Assembly: GCF_964204645.1 (NCBI RefSeq)
Contig: NC_134025.1
Location: 17,149,101 to 17,213,100 of the forward strand
Source: Tubulanus polymorphus
Lineage: Eukaryota > Animalia > Nemertea
Length of the DNA stretch: 64,000 nucleotides
Direction: 5' to 3'
The position numbers were made by a program, and so were the translations under genes. Positions 49,690-62,116 of this stretch are shown here, one piece after another (position 1 is the stretch's first letter; every line of letters begins with the position of its first letter). Below the pieces are notes generated by a model that saw nothing but the letters and a program-made list of their open reading frames with translations, was not told where the DNA came from and ran no database searches.

Positions 49690-50624
49690 TAGATTTATTT
49701 TCAATGACTTTATCATTTGACTTATTTTCTGGTATAATAGGTTTATTGTCATTGGAATCATCTTTATCATCAGATTTGAATTTTGATTTATATATTACAC
49801 AGGATAATATAATAACTGTTACTAATCCAATTGTAATATATAAGTAATTATTACTTCCAGCATTAGAAGAATTAGATGGATTATTATTTGAATCAATATC
49901 AGATAAAGTCTGTGATTCATTTATATCAGTTAATTTCTTTTTCTTAGCTTTTTTTTAATTCTGAAGATGTTTTACCTAATTCTTGCCCATTTAATTTGTT
50001 TCTCGGATCTAGGCTTATTCTTTACTCCATCACTCATTTATTTTAGTTAATTTTTGTTCTGATTCATTTTCTGTTTCGACGTTTGGTTGTAGTACATCTG
50101 TTTCGTTCTTACCTGATTTATATTCCATAGGTTTGATGTTCGAAAATGTTATGACGCCAGTAGAAATTAATGTCATAACCGATCCTAATTGAAATGAAGC
50201 ATAACCAACCCATTTTTGTAATTCAGTCATAACTAAATAGTCATTTTTCAAATCACTATATTATTTATTTTCGTCATCAATTGGTATTAACTGGTTACAT
50301 AACTTAGAATAACATTTGACAATACCATCTGAAATAGAATCATTTATTCTAGCTAATCTAGCTTCTTCGTAAATCTTAAAATATTTTATTACTTTATCTG
50401 GTTTCATAGAGTCTAGTTCTTGAAAAGTAATGATTCTATTTAAAAACTCCTTAGTTTTTCCACCGGCAATCAATAGTTCTATATGATGCTTACAATATAA
50501 ATAGTATTCATAATATATATTGTTATTAACTTGAATAGAATTAGAAACAACTGTATCTTTATTATAATTTATACCCAAATGTTTTTTCAATATCAGTATT
50601 ACTCTTACTCGATTTCTTTGACAT
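49690..50624 (-). pseudogene. Divergent homologues of the two ORFs at 18397 and 18935
   Basis: YEYYLYCKH, NDYLVMTEL and KPRSEKQIKW. Confidence 0.7.
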
Positions 50625-50872
50625 TTATATTAGAGAAATTTAATAAGAAAAATATTTTAAGTATTATAAAATGATACTAGCTAGTTAAAGCTAAAGAATT
50701 CTAGTATTGACTACTGATACTAGCTATTTGAACTTAAAGAATTTCTATTTGAATCTAGTCAAAATATAAAGTATTCTCTTTTTGAAAAGAAAGTATTAAA
50801 AATATAATAGAATTCACTAGCTAGATGAAGTTATTGTTTTTTTATTATATTTTATATTTTATTAGGATTTAG

Positions 50873-50951
50873 ATTATCTCACTACTATTGTTTATCTATT
50901 AGGAGCAGTAATTATAACTGTCCAGATAAGTCATTTCGGATTCTTGATAAT
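50873..50951. other. Conserved non-coding stem-loop motif, copy 3
   Basis: Same core, with compensatory stem changes. Confidence 0.7.
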
Positions 50952-51779
50952 AAATCCTAAAACTGAAAATAAATTCAAAGAAACGACTGGTGGAAATACT
51001 ATTTCATAAACACACGTATATTTTATTCTACAATCATTATCGATTTCCACATTCCAAGCCGCTCCAGAGAGGAGCGGTAAGTTATGCGTGGAATGCAGGA
51101 ATCAATAAAGTACATACAACATCTGTCACTGTGTGACATTAACAACAGCTTAATGACGCAATTGAAATTCCGATAAACGTAATGCATTGAAAGCCTATAC
51201 AGTATGGCTAAACTGCTACAGTCTCATGAGTTGAAATATCCATAATTTCTGATTCCACATCCATCCATCTTCACTTTCTTGATTCAAATGGTCTTCATTT
51301 TGTTATCTAAAAGATAAATATCTAGCGTAGAATAAAACTAACTTGAAGTTGTAGTTGTAAAATATTAATTACAGCACTTAAACATAACCATTTGTGGCGC
51401 ATCTTACCAGGATAAGTTTTATATGTTTAACGTTTCACAACGCCTTAATAACAACAAAAACAGTACTTACATTTATAACTGTAAACTCCTAAAATTGTGT
51501 TTATAGAGAGAATATCCTATACGTTCCTATGCTTATGTGCTGCGCGTTTATAACTGCCAGTTATTCACTAGCTAAACACCGTCTGGTGCAACAGATGTTA
51601 CTTTGTAATATAATTGATTAATCCTTTTCAACTGAAATAGCACATTCGATCAATATTCAAATGAGGTGCGCCCCATTCAACTGAATATGAAATGCGGCAC
51701 AGATGTTTTTGTAAACAACCTAATATAATTACATACAGGCGGTTTGACATAGATCGAGAGTAACCGGTTTTCTAAGCGT

Positions 51780-52433
51780 TTAACATTCAACGTATTTTTC
51801 ATTATGTGTTGAGTTCCATAATTCAACAAATGTCTTTGCTTTATCCAGTTGATCTAAATATAACTGTAAATCTAGTTTATTAGATTTAATTATGTTTTCC
51901 TTCTTTTCTAAAGGTCTTAAATTTTTCCAACTCCAAATAAGTTTTTTATTGTATTCATCATTCATGTTAAATTTAGATATTGGTAACACATGATCAATAT
52001 GAAAGTATTCACCATAATTATCTATATTCATTTTATCATCGAATTGATATATTATCCATGATATGAAAAATTCATCTGTACAACCCAACAAATTAGATAG
52101 TGTTTCTGAATGTATTTCTTTGTTGAATAATTGTGTTAATCTAGTCCTTAAGCATTGTTTCAATCTAAAATTAAGATCTGTTTGATATCTTTCTCTCATA
52201 TATTCTGTCATATAATCATTATAAGCTTTTCTATTATCTTCTCGATATTGTTTGGTATATAGTTTAAAACAAGTTTTACAGCAATATTGAAAACCATCTT
52301 TGCTAATCTTACGCTTACTAAATTCTGTTAATGATTTATCTAATTCACACTTAGAACACTTCTTGTAATATATATTTATAACACCAGCAGTGTTATTTGT
52401 AATATTGATAATTTGTGGTTGTTCTGGTTCCAT
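51780..52433 (-). CDS. HNH endonuclease with N-terminal Zn ribbon (type common in large DNA viruses)
   Basis: KKCSKC..CKTC, LLGC, NYGEYFHIDHVLP and NLRPL...N..KSNK. Confidence 0.8.
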   Translation of the reverse strand: MEPEQPQIINITNNTAGVINIYYKKCSKCELDKSLTEFSKRKISKDGFQYCCKTCFKLYTKQYREDNRKAYNDYMTEYMRERYQTDLNFRLKQCLRTRLTQLFNKEIHSETLSNLLGCTDEFFISWIIYQFDDKMNIDNYGEYFHIDHVLPISKFNMNDEYNKKLIWSWKNLRPLEKKENIIKSNKLDLQLYLDQLDKAKTFVELWNSTHNEKYVEC

Positions 52434-52667
52434 TTATTATACGTATTTTTTACTAAATTGGTTAATATTTTAGAATCCTCTTCCATTTCTTCGACCAACA
52501 TCATCCTTTTTCATTCCTCGTTGCTTTTGATAAATTGTTTCAATTCCTTGATATCTAAATTATACCACTGGGCAAAAGCGCGCATTCGTGCGCGGTTTTG
52601 CTTAATGCGCATGCGCTAATCATAATTATATATAATTATGTAAATAGAAACAACCGACATGAAATAT

Positions 52668-52895
52668 CTAAATCATATCCTTGATATCAAATTCCTCAAC
52701 GTATTGTTCATTATTTGGATCATTATTCCATAATTCAATAAATTTCTTTGCCTTTGTTAACTGTTCTGAATATAACTGTAAATATTCTAGTTTCAATTTA
52801 TTCTCTAAATGTGTTTTAGTTTTATTGTGTCTTGATTTTTGGGATTTATCTATATTGATATTACATGTTGGACAGTAGTACTTATTTGCTTCCAT
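52668..52895 (-). pseudogene. Chimeric ORF: 38 pPolB N-terminal codons (TIR) plus an HNH-paralogue C-terminus
   Basis: MEANKYYC..LKLEY followed by LQLYSEQLTKAKKFIELWN, similar to the end of the 51780 ORF. Confidence 0.7.
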
Positions 52896-53126
52896 TTTAA
52901 TATCAAATTTTTTATTAAAATTGATTTTAGAAGTTATTCATTTATATTTTATTCATATATATGAATATTTTAAGAGTAATAGGGAATATGTTGTTTCATA
53001 TCAAAGGTTGAAGGGGCGAGTGAGTAAAAAATAAAAAATAAATTCGAGTTTGCGAGAATTTATTTTTTATTTTTTATGAGCTCGACCTTTCGACCTTTGG
53101 TATGAAACAACATATTCCCTATTACT
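52782..53126 (-). repeat. Right TIR of D, including a 152-bp terminal hairpin (52975-53126)
   Basis: Inverted copy of 35804-36141. Confidence 0.92.
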
Positions 53127-53948
53127 TACCTGCATGTCAAACCGGGCAATCCATCTGGAAATGAGTAACTCGCTCGACACCGACAGCTTCCTGATGGCTT
53201 TTCGACGTTTTGTTGCACGCAGAGGACGTCCGGCAGTCGTATACTCTGACAATGGCACCAATTTGAAGTCCGGAGAAAAAGAGCTGCGCCAAGCTTTACG
53301 CAAATTTAACCATCAACATATCGAAGATGACATGTCTCAAAAGATGATCCAGTCGTACTTCAACCCTCCCGCCGCCAGCCACATGGGCGGCGTTTGGGAG
53401 CGTCTCGTCTCTTCAAAAGATGCTTGAAGATCGTTATCGGTAAACAGATACTTGCTGATGAGGTCCTCCATACACTATTCGTTGAAGTCGAAGCTGTTTT
53501 AAACTCAAGACCGATTACTCATGTCAGCAGTGACAGTGGTGTTCCGTCAGCACTCACACCCGCTCACTTCTTACTGGGAAGAGCAACACCAAACCTATCT
53601 ACAGGGGTCTACACTGATGTCGACGTGCCGTACCAGCGCAGATGGAAGCAGACTCAAACGCTAGCAAACCACTTTTGGAGCCGTTGGAAAAAGGAATACG
53701 TCCCAACCCTTATTGCCAGACCAAAATGGGATCGCGAAGTTAGAAACATTTGCGTTGACGATGTAGTGTTAATAGTTGATCAAGATGTACCGCGTGGTAT
53801 GTGGAAGATAGGCCGAGTTATTCGTGCGTTTCCTGGCCGTGATGATGTCGTCAGATCCGCAGAAATCAAAACTGGTTCGGGAACTTACGTGCGCCCAGTA
53901 GCCAAGCTATGTGTGCTGGAAGAAGCCAAAACGCTTAAAATGAACTGA
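53127..53948 (+). pseudogene. BEL integrase core and C-terminal domain
   Basis: RAIHLE, FVARRG, SDNGTN, HMGGVWER, LNSRP and FWSRWKKEY. Confidence 0.92.
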
Positions 53949-53989
53949 CTTAAACTGTTTCGTGTAACTTATTTCCTTCCGTCATTTCC

Positions 53990-54073
53990 GGCGGGAGGAT
54001 GTGAATGACGATTTGATGAATGGGTAACTCTGGATAGGATTACAGTCCTCTCTCTCATTATCGCTCGCTGTGT
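53990..54073 (+). repeat. PPT and start of the 3' LTR (TG at 54000), interrupted at 54074
   Basis: GGCGGGAGGA then TGTGAATG; matches the 5' LTR up to GCTGTGT. Confidence 0.8.
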
Positions 54074-54922
54074 CAGGGTTCATAGCCTCCAGGCCAGTCT
54101 TCATTTCAGGCTATTCCAGGCCATTTGAAAGGCAAATTTCAGGCCATTTTGAGAATAAAAAACGCCGCAATTGACAAAATAAAGAGTTGGTATACAATAC
54201 ACGTTATTTTTTATTAAAGTTTTATCAGAAAAATATAACTACAAAATTAAAAAACCTAACTCTAAAAACTCAATTCTTGAGAATAAAAATTCTTGTAGAA
54301 ATAATTTTCAATACTGCAATACATCTATAATTTTGCATACAACTTCAAATCTCTTATTTTTATTGCCTGTTTCTCGATATCTTTCTCGAGATCTTTCAAT
54401 TCTGCTTCTTTTCTTTTAGCAGATTCTCTCATTCCCACTGACTTGTTGATGAAACTGCGCATATCAACTGCTATGTTTGTTTCAATAGCTTTCGAAGCAT
54501 ATTCGTCAGCTGAACTCTGCAAACTTATTTTGTCACACTCTAGTAATTTTCTCTTCTTTCTCATTTCATGCAAAATCTCCTCCTCATGTGCGCGCTTTAG
54601 GTCTCTTTCAGAGGATTTTTTCTGCTCAGTTTTTTTACTCAAAACTAATTTATACCTACTGTGAGCAGAACTGACATTTTGTAGTAACTGGGGAGTTAAA
54701 GGATATTTCAGAATATCACCATCAGCTTCAGCTAAAATGGAATCATTTATTGCTCTCAGTGCAATGAAAGAACTTTCCAAACTTCAATTTGCCTATTAAC
54801 TGAGAAACCGCGTTCAACGCTTGCCTGACCGTGTGATAACATGAGTAATTTCTGAAATATTGGCCATAGTTTTGAATACTTGGCTTGACGAAAACATGCA
54901 CTGTAAAAGAGATGATCTAATC
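54074..54922 (-). mobile_element. hAT-like DNA transposon, 3' end (cut by E)
   Basis: CAGGGTTC terminus; minus-strand LLMLSHGQASVERGFSVN motif upstream of ORF 54325..54780. Confidence 0.7.
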
Positions 54923-55321
54923 AGTAATAGGGGTTTAGTTGGTTCAGGCCAAAGGTCGAACGGTCGAGCTCATTAAAAACAAAACATTAAAAGTAATTTA
55001 AAACTATAATATATTTTCATAACCGTGTACATTTTATATTAAAACTAAATATTTATTCTAAGATATTAATAATTTAAATTTAAAAAGCATATTGTATTAA
55101 ATCAATTGGTCGCTACCGCTCCGCTCCGCGACCAATTGATTTATTTACAATACACACATTCATATAATTAAATATATTCAAATAATAATAATTATTCTAT
55201 TATTCAACTGAAATACACACGGTTATGAAAATATATTATAGTTTTGAATTACTTTTAATATTTGTTATTAATGAACTCGACCATTCAACCTTTAACTGAA
55301 ACCAATTAAACCCCTATTACT
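54923..55321. repeat. 399-bp terminal imperfect palindrome of E
   Basis: AGTAATAGGGG...CCCCTATTACT with ~105-bp arms; central stem AAATCAATTGGTCGC/GCGACCAATTGATTT. Confidence 0.9.
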
Positions 55322-55445
55322 CTTAAAATATTATTAAAGTGTGATTGAAATAATGCATAGCTGTTTATACTAGAACATGATTCTATTTGAGCCTATATAT
55401 CATTGAACTTCTAAAATCAATTTTAATAAAAAATTTAGTATTAAA

Positions 55446-58400
55446 ATGGAAGCAAATAAGTACTACTGCCCAACATGTAATATCAACATAGATAAATCCC
55501 AAAAAGCAAGACACAATAAAACTAAAACACATTTAGAGAATAAATTGAAACTAGAATATAAAGATGATATATTAGAAACTAAATTAGATGAATTAAAGAA
55601 TGAGAAAGAAACATATAAATGTGATACATGTAATCAATCATTCAGTGATAAAAGATATTATAAAGAACATTTAAAATCTAAAAGTCATATTAGAAATATG
55701 AATAATGATATTTTAGGTGAAGATTATTTTGATGAAGATAATGATAAGAAACAGAAGACAATTAAAAGCATAAAAAATAAATTAAACAATAAAAGACCAT
55801 ACATGGAAGATGTAAGAAAATATATTAATTTATTGGATAATAAAAAAGATATAGAGATAACCGAAGCATTTAAAAGTGATATTGGCCCAGCAGCTATTGA
55901 GTTTAAATTTCATAAAGGTAAAACATTAGAAGAAAATAAAAAACATTTAGAAAATATGAAAGAAATAATAAAAATAATAACTGATGTTGAATATCCTAAA
56001 ATAAGTATATCTTCTAAAGTTAAATTCATAAAATCTGAAAAATAAACCAATATATAATATAAATTCTCATTCACAACATATTATATATAAACAACATATA
56101 GATGATAAATTAGATAAATGTTATAATGAAGTAAAGACTAAAATAGAAGAGAAATATTTTGAAGGATCTGGTTTAATATTTGATGAAATAATATTTATGA
56201 CTTTACATGTTTATAACACAAAATATAATAAGTTAACTAAATCAAAACCAATCGATGAAAATAATGTATCATATTATAAAGAACCAGATATTAAAGCATC
56301 GAGTTATATTAAACTACCATTTAAAACTAATGCTGTAATAAATGTACAAAATGAAGATGATAAATGTTTTCTATGGGCTATAATAAGTTGTTTACACCCA
56401 GTTGAAGATTATAATAAACATACTTATAGATTAACAAATTATAAACAATTTGAAAATAATTATAAGATAGATAAGTATCCTGTTATAATTAAAAACATCC
56501 CAAAGATAGAAAGAGATAATAATTTAAGAATAAATGTATTTGATTTAATCAAATTACCAAATACAAAAAGTAATAATATAAAACATTATACATTAGATCC
56601 TTTAAATCTATCAAAAGATTATGATTCAAATGGTGTTATAGATATATTATATTATGAGAATCATTATATGTGGATTAAAAGAATTGATTCATTTTTTAAA
56701 TCAGAAAATGATTTTGATAATAAAATATATATATATGTAGAAAATGTTTACATAAATTCAGAACTGAAAGTGCATTATTAAATCATAAACAATTATGTGA
56801 AAATCATGATTATTGTAAATTAGTTTTACCAAATGAAAAAGATAAAATATTAGAATTCAAAAAATATGATTACAAAAATAAAGTACCATTTGTTATATAT
56901 GGAGATTTTGAATCATTAAATAAAGAACTAACTGATCAAGATAGAAAAGAAATATATTATAAAAGAAAGAAATTAAATTCTAATGAAAATGATTTTTCAG
57001 ATGAACCACCAAAAACAAATACTATTAAAAAGATTCATCAATCAGCCGCTGCTTTCGGGTTATATATAAAATCTGATTATCCAGAACTAATTGAAAGTGA
57101 AAATTATCATTACAGAAATGAAAATGTTATCAATCATTTTTGTGACTTATTAATTGAATATGAAATAAGATTTAATAAATTATTGAATACAAATATAGAA
57201 ATTATAATGACAGAAGAAGATAAAGAAGCATTTGAGTTTGCAGATAAATGTTATTATTGTGAAAAGATATTTAATTATAAAGATAAAAAAGTAAGAGACC
57301 ATGATCATTTGAATGGAAAGTTTAGAGGCGCTGCACATGAGAATTGTAACTTACAAGCTAAGAAAATTAACTTTTTACCAGTTATATTTCATAATCCATC
57401 AGGATATGATGCACATTTATTCATCAAACAGTTATGCCATAAAATAGAAGAAATTAATAATGAAATAGAAAGATTAAATTCAAATAGATCAAAAGATAAA
57501 ATACCAACTTATAAATTTAGAATGTTAGCTAAAACATCTGAGAATTATATATCATTCCAATTTGGTTGCCTAAGATTTATAGATTCATATAGATTTTTAA
57601 ATAGTTCATTGGATAACTTATCAAAATCATTACTTGATGATGAATTAAAGATATTAAAAGAATATTACCCAAATATTGATGATTTTCAATTAATGAGATA
57701 TAAAGGAGCGATTCCATATTCATTTTATAAATCACATAATGATTTTAATATAACTGAACTTTAAAAGGAACAATTTTATAATGAATTAAAAAATTAATAT
57801 GTTAAAGATGAAGTCTATAATAGAACATTGAATATTTGGAATCATTTCAAAATGAAAAATCATGGGCAATTAGTAGATTTATATTTGAAATCAGATGTAT
57901 TATTATTAACCGATATATTCGAAAGGTTTAGAGATGTAAACCTAAAATATTTTGACATTGATCCTTGTCATTGTTATTCAAGTCCAGGATTAACACGGGA
58001 TTGTGGATTAAAATTTACAGATATAAAAATGGATTTGTTAACAAATATAGATCAATTACTATTATTTGAAAAATCTATAAGAGGAGGAGTTTCATGTGTA
58101 TTAGATGATAGATATTTCAATGTAAATGATAACCCCGGATATAAGTTATTATATATAGATGCAAATAATTTGTATGGTTGGGCAATGATGGAACCACAAC
58201 CTTATGGAGTATTTGAAATAACTGAAGTTTTACAGAATGAAAATAATGATAAATTTGTTTGGAAGAAAAGAATTCTAGATATTGCAGATGATTCAGATAC
58301 TGGTTACTTCTTTGTTGTAGATTTAGAATATCCTGAAGATAAAAAATTTAAATCTAGAAATCTAGCTTACTGCCCCGAACATAAAACCGTAACTCATGAA

Positions 58401-59485
58401 GAGTTATCAAATTACCAAAAAAGAATTAAACCCGAAAATCATATTCATACAGAAAAGTTAATGGTAACTCAAGAAGATAAATATAATTATGTAGTACATT
58501 ATAGAATGTTAAAGTTTTATTTGAATCAAGGAATGATTATAAAAAAAGTACATAGATATATTTCATTCAGCCAATCTAAGTGGTTAGAAAAATATATAGA
58601 TTTTAACACCAAACAGAGAACTGAAGCTAAAACTGATTTCGAGAAAGATTTTTTCAAGTTAATGAATAATGCATTCTATGGTAAGACTTGTGAAAATATT
58701 AGAAATAGAAATGATATTGAGTTAGTTAGTAATGGTAAAAGAATTAGACATTTACAATCATATCCTAAGTTTTTAGGTAACAGAATATTTGATGAAAATT
58801 TAGCTGCAGTTAAAATGAGAAGAACATCAATGAAAATTAATAAACCAATCTATGTTGGCGCTTCAGTTTTAGAATTATCAAAATTACTAATGTATGAATT
58901 CTATTATAATGTATTACAACCACTTTTTGGAGAAAAACACATAGAAATATTATATTTTGATACTGACAGTTACATATTAAAGATAAAAACATAACTGATG
59001 ATTTAAAAACATTAAAACATCATTTTGATTTCAGTAACTATCCTAAAGATCATGAATTGTTTAGCAATGATAATAAAAAAGTTCCAGGGAAGTTTAAGGA
59101 TGAATTAGGTGGTGAAGAAATGATAGAGTTCATAGGTATTAGATCTAAAATGTATTCATATAAAACTAAAGAACATGAAGCTAAAAAGTTAAAAGGAATA
59201 ACCAAAAGTGTAGTAGAAAAGAATATTCATTTCAAAGATTACATCAATTGTATATTCAATGAAGAAGTTAGAAAACATAAGATGAGATGTTTAAGATCTG
59301 AAGATCATGAAATGTTTATTGAAGAGATAGAGAAGATAAGTTTGAATCCATTTGATGATAAAAGATATATTTTAGATGATGGAATTCATTCAGTTGCTTA
59401 TGGTTGTAATTTAGATGAATACTTAAAATTTAAAAGAGAAGAAACAAAAGAGAACGAAATAATGAAAAGAATTCTAACGTGTTAA
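55446..59485 (+). pseudogene. pPolB (type 2), several frameshifts/stops
   Basis: All motifs as in D. Confidence 0.93.
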
Positions 59486-59514
59486 TCAAATTTTAATAAA
59501 AATATGTATTATAA

Positions 59515-59868
59515 ATGGAGAGTAAACAAACACACAGTGAGAACAACAAATTATTTCTAGATAGAATAAAAGATATCACAAATGTAAAATCTGTAGATTA
59601 TAAATTCAAAAAGTTAACAGAATTAACAATCCATAAGAAATATCTTATTACAAATATTGATACAGTTACTAATAACTATGGAGATAAATTAGTTATACAC
59701 TTAGAATATGAAGGATTAAAAGGAAATACATATAAATTCAGAACATATTTACCGGATAGATTTTATAGATTATCAAGTGAAGATTTAGAAGAATTATGTT
59801 CTGGAGATTTCTATTTCGTATACAAAAGTAAGAATGAAAAAGGGCATCATGAAATAGATTTCGAATAA
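59515..59868 (+). CDS. 117-aa possible ssDNA-binding protein
   Basis: Near-identical to 40061. Confidence 0.55.
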   Translation: MESKQTHSENNKLFLDRIKDITNVKSVDYKFKKLTELTIHKKYLITNIDTVTNNYGDKLVIHLEYEGLKGNTYKFRTYLPDRFYRLSSEDLEELCSGDFYFVYKSKNEKGHHEIDFE

Positions 59869-59885
59869 GAAAATATGTAAAATAA

Positions 59886-60641
59886 ATGGTAGAATTAAAA
59901 GAATACAGAATATTTGTTGATTCAAGAAAACTTACTAATTATAAATCTCATAATTTACTAATACAATTAGATAGAGAATTCAAGAATTGTGTTGATTTAA
60001 AATTAGTTAATATAAGTTTATGTAATTCTTTTCATAATATATCGAATGAAAGTCTTGATCATTTAGCTTTTAAAATTTATGTTAGAAATTTGAATAAATG
60101 GTTTCATCTTTATCTAAAACCAGGATTATATAATTTAGAAACATTAGCGCAAGAAATTAATAAAAGAGCTCGTTTAAAAATGGGTGCAGCTGCTAGATTT
60201 GAAATTAGATTTATTAAAAGTGATAGTTCTAATAAAATAAGAATAAAGTTAACTAATGAACAACATAGATTTCTAGTAAGAAAACCTTTAGCTAAACTGT
60301 TTGGAATTATTCCGGATAGACATTATTCAAGTATTGAAACTTATACAAATATAATGACTTTTACACACTTTTATATTTATTGCAATTTAATTAATCCTAC
60401 AAAAACATTTGAAGCAACTAAAGATACAATTTGTAATTCTAGTATATTAAATATTTTACCATTAAAAAATGTTAAACAATTTGGAACGCAAATAAATTAT
60501 AATTTAGCTGAATGTGATTTTAAACCTTGTATTCCACATTTCAATAATTTTGAATTAGAAATAAGAAATCATAATGGATATTTAATTGATTTAAATAACT
60601 TTCCTGTGATATATGAATTAGTTATAAGATGTAAAGAGTAA
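59886..60641 (+). CDS. Minor capsid protein
   Basis: Intact; near-identical to 40432. Confidence 0.72.
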   Translation: MVELKEYRIFVDSRKLTNYKSHNLLIQLDREFKNCVDLKLVNISLCNSFHNISNESLDHLAFKIYVRNLNKWFHLYLKPGLYNLETLAQEINKRARLKMGAAARFEIRFIKSDSSNKIRIKLTNEQHRFLVRKPLAKLFGIIPDRHYSSIETYTNIMTFTHFYIYCNLINPTKTFEATKDTICNSSILNILPLKNVKQFGTQINYNLAECDFKPCIPHFNNFELEIRNHNGYLIDLNNFPVIYELVIRCKE

Positions 60642-60973
60642 TTTTTTCACTATATAAATTAATATAACTGTTGGACCGAGTATATGTTTTGGATTTGATT
60701 TTAAACGTGAGAAAGAAATGAAATTTAACGTTAATGATGTAATTACACAACAACAACAACAATAGATAAAGAAACTTTAAATGTAGAAAAGATTACTAAT
60801 TTAATTAGAGAATCTTTAAGATTTTATGAATTAGATGAAGATTTTATCATCGTTGATATTAAAAAATAATAATTGAAATATATACAAATGAAACTAGTAA
60901 TGAAATAAATGTTGAATTAATCGTAAATAAGTTAACTAAATATTTTGATGATAGTAATTTTTTTGATAAATAA

Positions 60974-61195
60974 ATGAGTGATAATAAGTGGATAATAACT
61001 GGATTATATAATGCAGCATTACTATCAGTTGGAACTGTTGGTCATTCAATGGTATTAAAAAAAGTATTCAAAATGGGAAGTGTTAATGTTGATAGATTTG
61101 ATATAAATGATATTCTAAAATTAACATTAGCAGTTACTTTATCTAATTTAACTATTGATTATTTGGAAAAACAAAAATATATTCCTCCCATATGA
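60974..61195 (+). CDS. 73-aa hydrophobic protein
   Basis: As in the other copies. Confidence 0.75.
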   Translation: MSDNKWIITGLYNAALLSVGTVGHSMVLKKVFKMGSVNVDRFDINDILKLTLAVTLSNLTIDYLEKQKYIPPI

Positions 61196-61219
61196 ATGCG
61201 TAATATTTTTGCTAAATAA

Positions 61220-61642
61220 ATGGCTTCTGCAATTATAACTATTATAGGATCGGTAATTGTTAACGCTTTAGCATTTACTGGTGGCGGTTATTTATTTAAA
61301 CATATTGATAAAAATAGTTCATTAGGAGAACAAAGAAGACATAACTTAGCATTAGAGAAATACAATAAAGCAGCAGAAGAATATAGAGAAAAGAGGCAAA
61401 ACTATATGGATTATATTAACAAAGAATTATATGATCAGAAGATTTCACATAGAGATTTTCAATCAGTTGATGATGCAATGAGTTTATATAACGCGGTAAC
61501 CAATAAAGAAAAATTACATCTATACAAACCTAAATTATCAGATTATTATACCCCAAGTAATGAACAGAAGAAATATGAAATAATTTGGATTTTAGGCGGA
61601 ACTGTTATTGTTATATTTGTTGCTTATAAGTTTACTAATTAA
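61220..61642 (+). CDS. 140-aa membrane protein
   Basis: As in the other copies. Confidence 0.75.
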   Translation: MASAIITIIGSVIVNALAFTGGGYLFKHIDKNSSLGEQRRHNLALEKYNKAAEEYREKRQNYMDYINKELYDQKISHRDFQSVDDAMSLYNAVTNKEKLHLYKPKLSDYYTPSNEQKKYEIIWILGGTVIVIFVAYKFTN

Positions 61643-61667
61643 TTATTTATTATTTTTTGTTAAATAA

Positions 61668-62100
61668 ATGGATGATAAAGTTGATAATATTGATGTTATT
61701 CCTCATGATATAAATAAAACTAAATTAAAAACATATTTAGAAAAACAAATATTAGAATTTAAGTGACTTAAAGATAAAAAAGAAAAAATATTTAAAAAGT
61801 AAAATTATATATTATTTGATTATAAGTGGTTCGGTTACAATTAGTTCTGTAATAACATTTCTAGCAATATTCAGCCCATTAACACCTTTAGCTATATCAA
61901 TTGGTGTGTTAGGTTTAAGTTCAAGTGTTTTAACTGGTATAAGTTCAAAATTAAATATAAAAAGTAATAAAGAAAAAATTAAAACTAATATAAAAGAAAT
62001 TAATAAATTGAAGAATACACTAGATTATATAATAAGTTTGAATGGCCATATAACAGTTGAAGAACAAGATAAATTATTAAAAGAATTAATAAATTATTAA
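61668..62100 (+). pseudogene. 144-aa two-TM protein (frameshift)
   Basis: Homologous to 11917. Confidence 0.72.
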
Positions 62101-62116
62101 TTTTTTAATTATATAA

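Larger units (their letters stand above)
35804..53126 (+). mobile_element. Full-length (17.3 kb) Polinton-like copy D
   Basis: TIRs 35804-36141 and 52782-53126 with AGT..ACT ends. Inserted in the BEL integrase (LLV-T-CMSNRAIHLE is restored on removal). Confidence 0.95.
31647..54073 (+). mobile_element. BEL/Pao LTR retrotransposon (decayed; split by the MITE and by Polinton D)
   Basis: LTRs, PBS, PPT, gag/PR remnant, RT (FYMDD), RNase H (LFCDAS, RLELQAA) and integrase. Confidence 0.92.

Noticed and set aside
53067-53303. ORFs crossing element termini (also 10030, 30974 and the tail of 35534)
   Set aside because: Read-through across insertion junctions, not genes.
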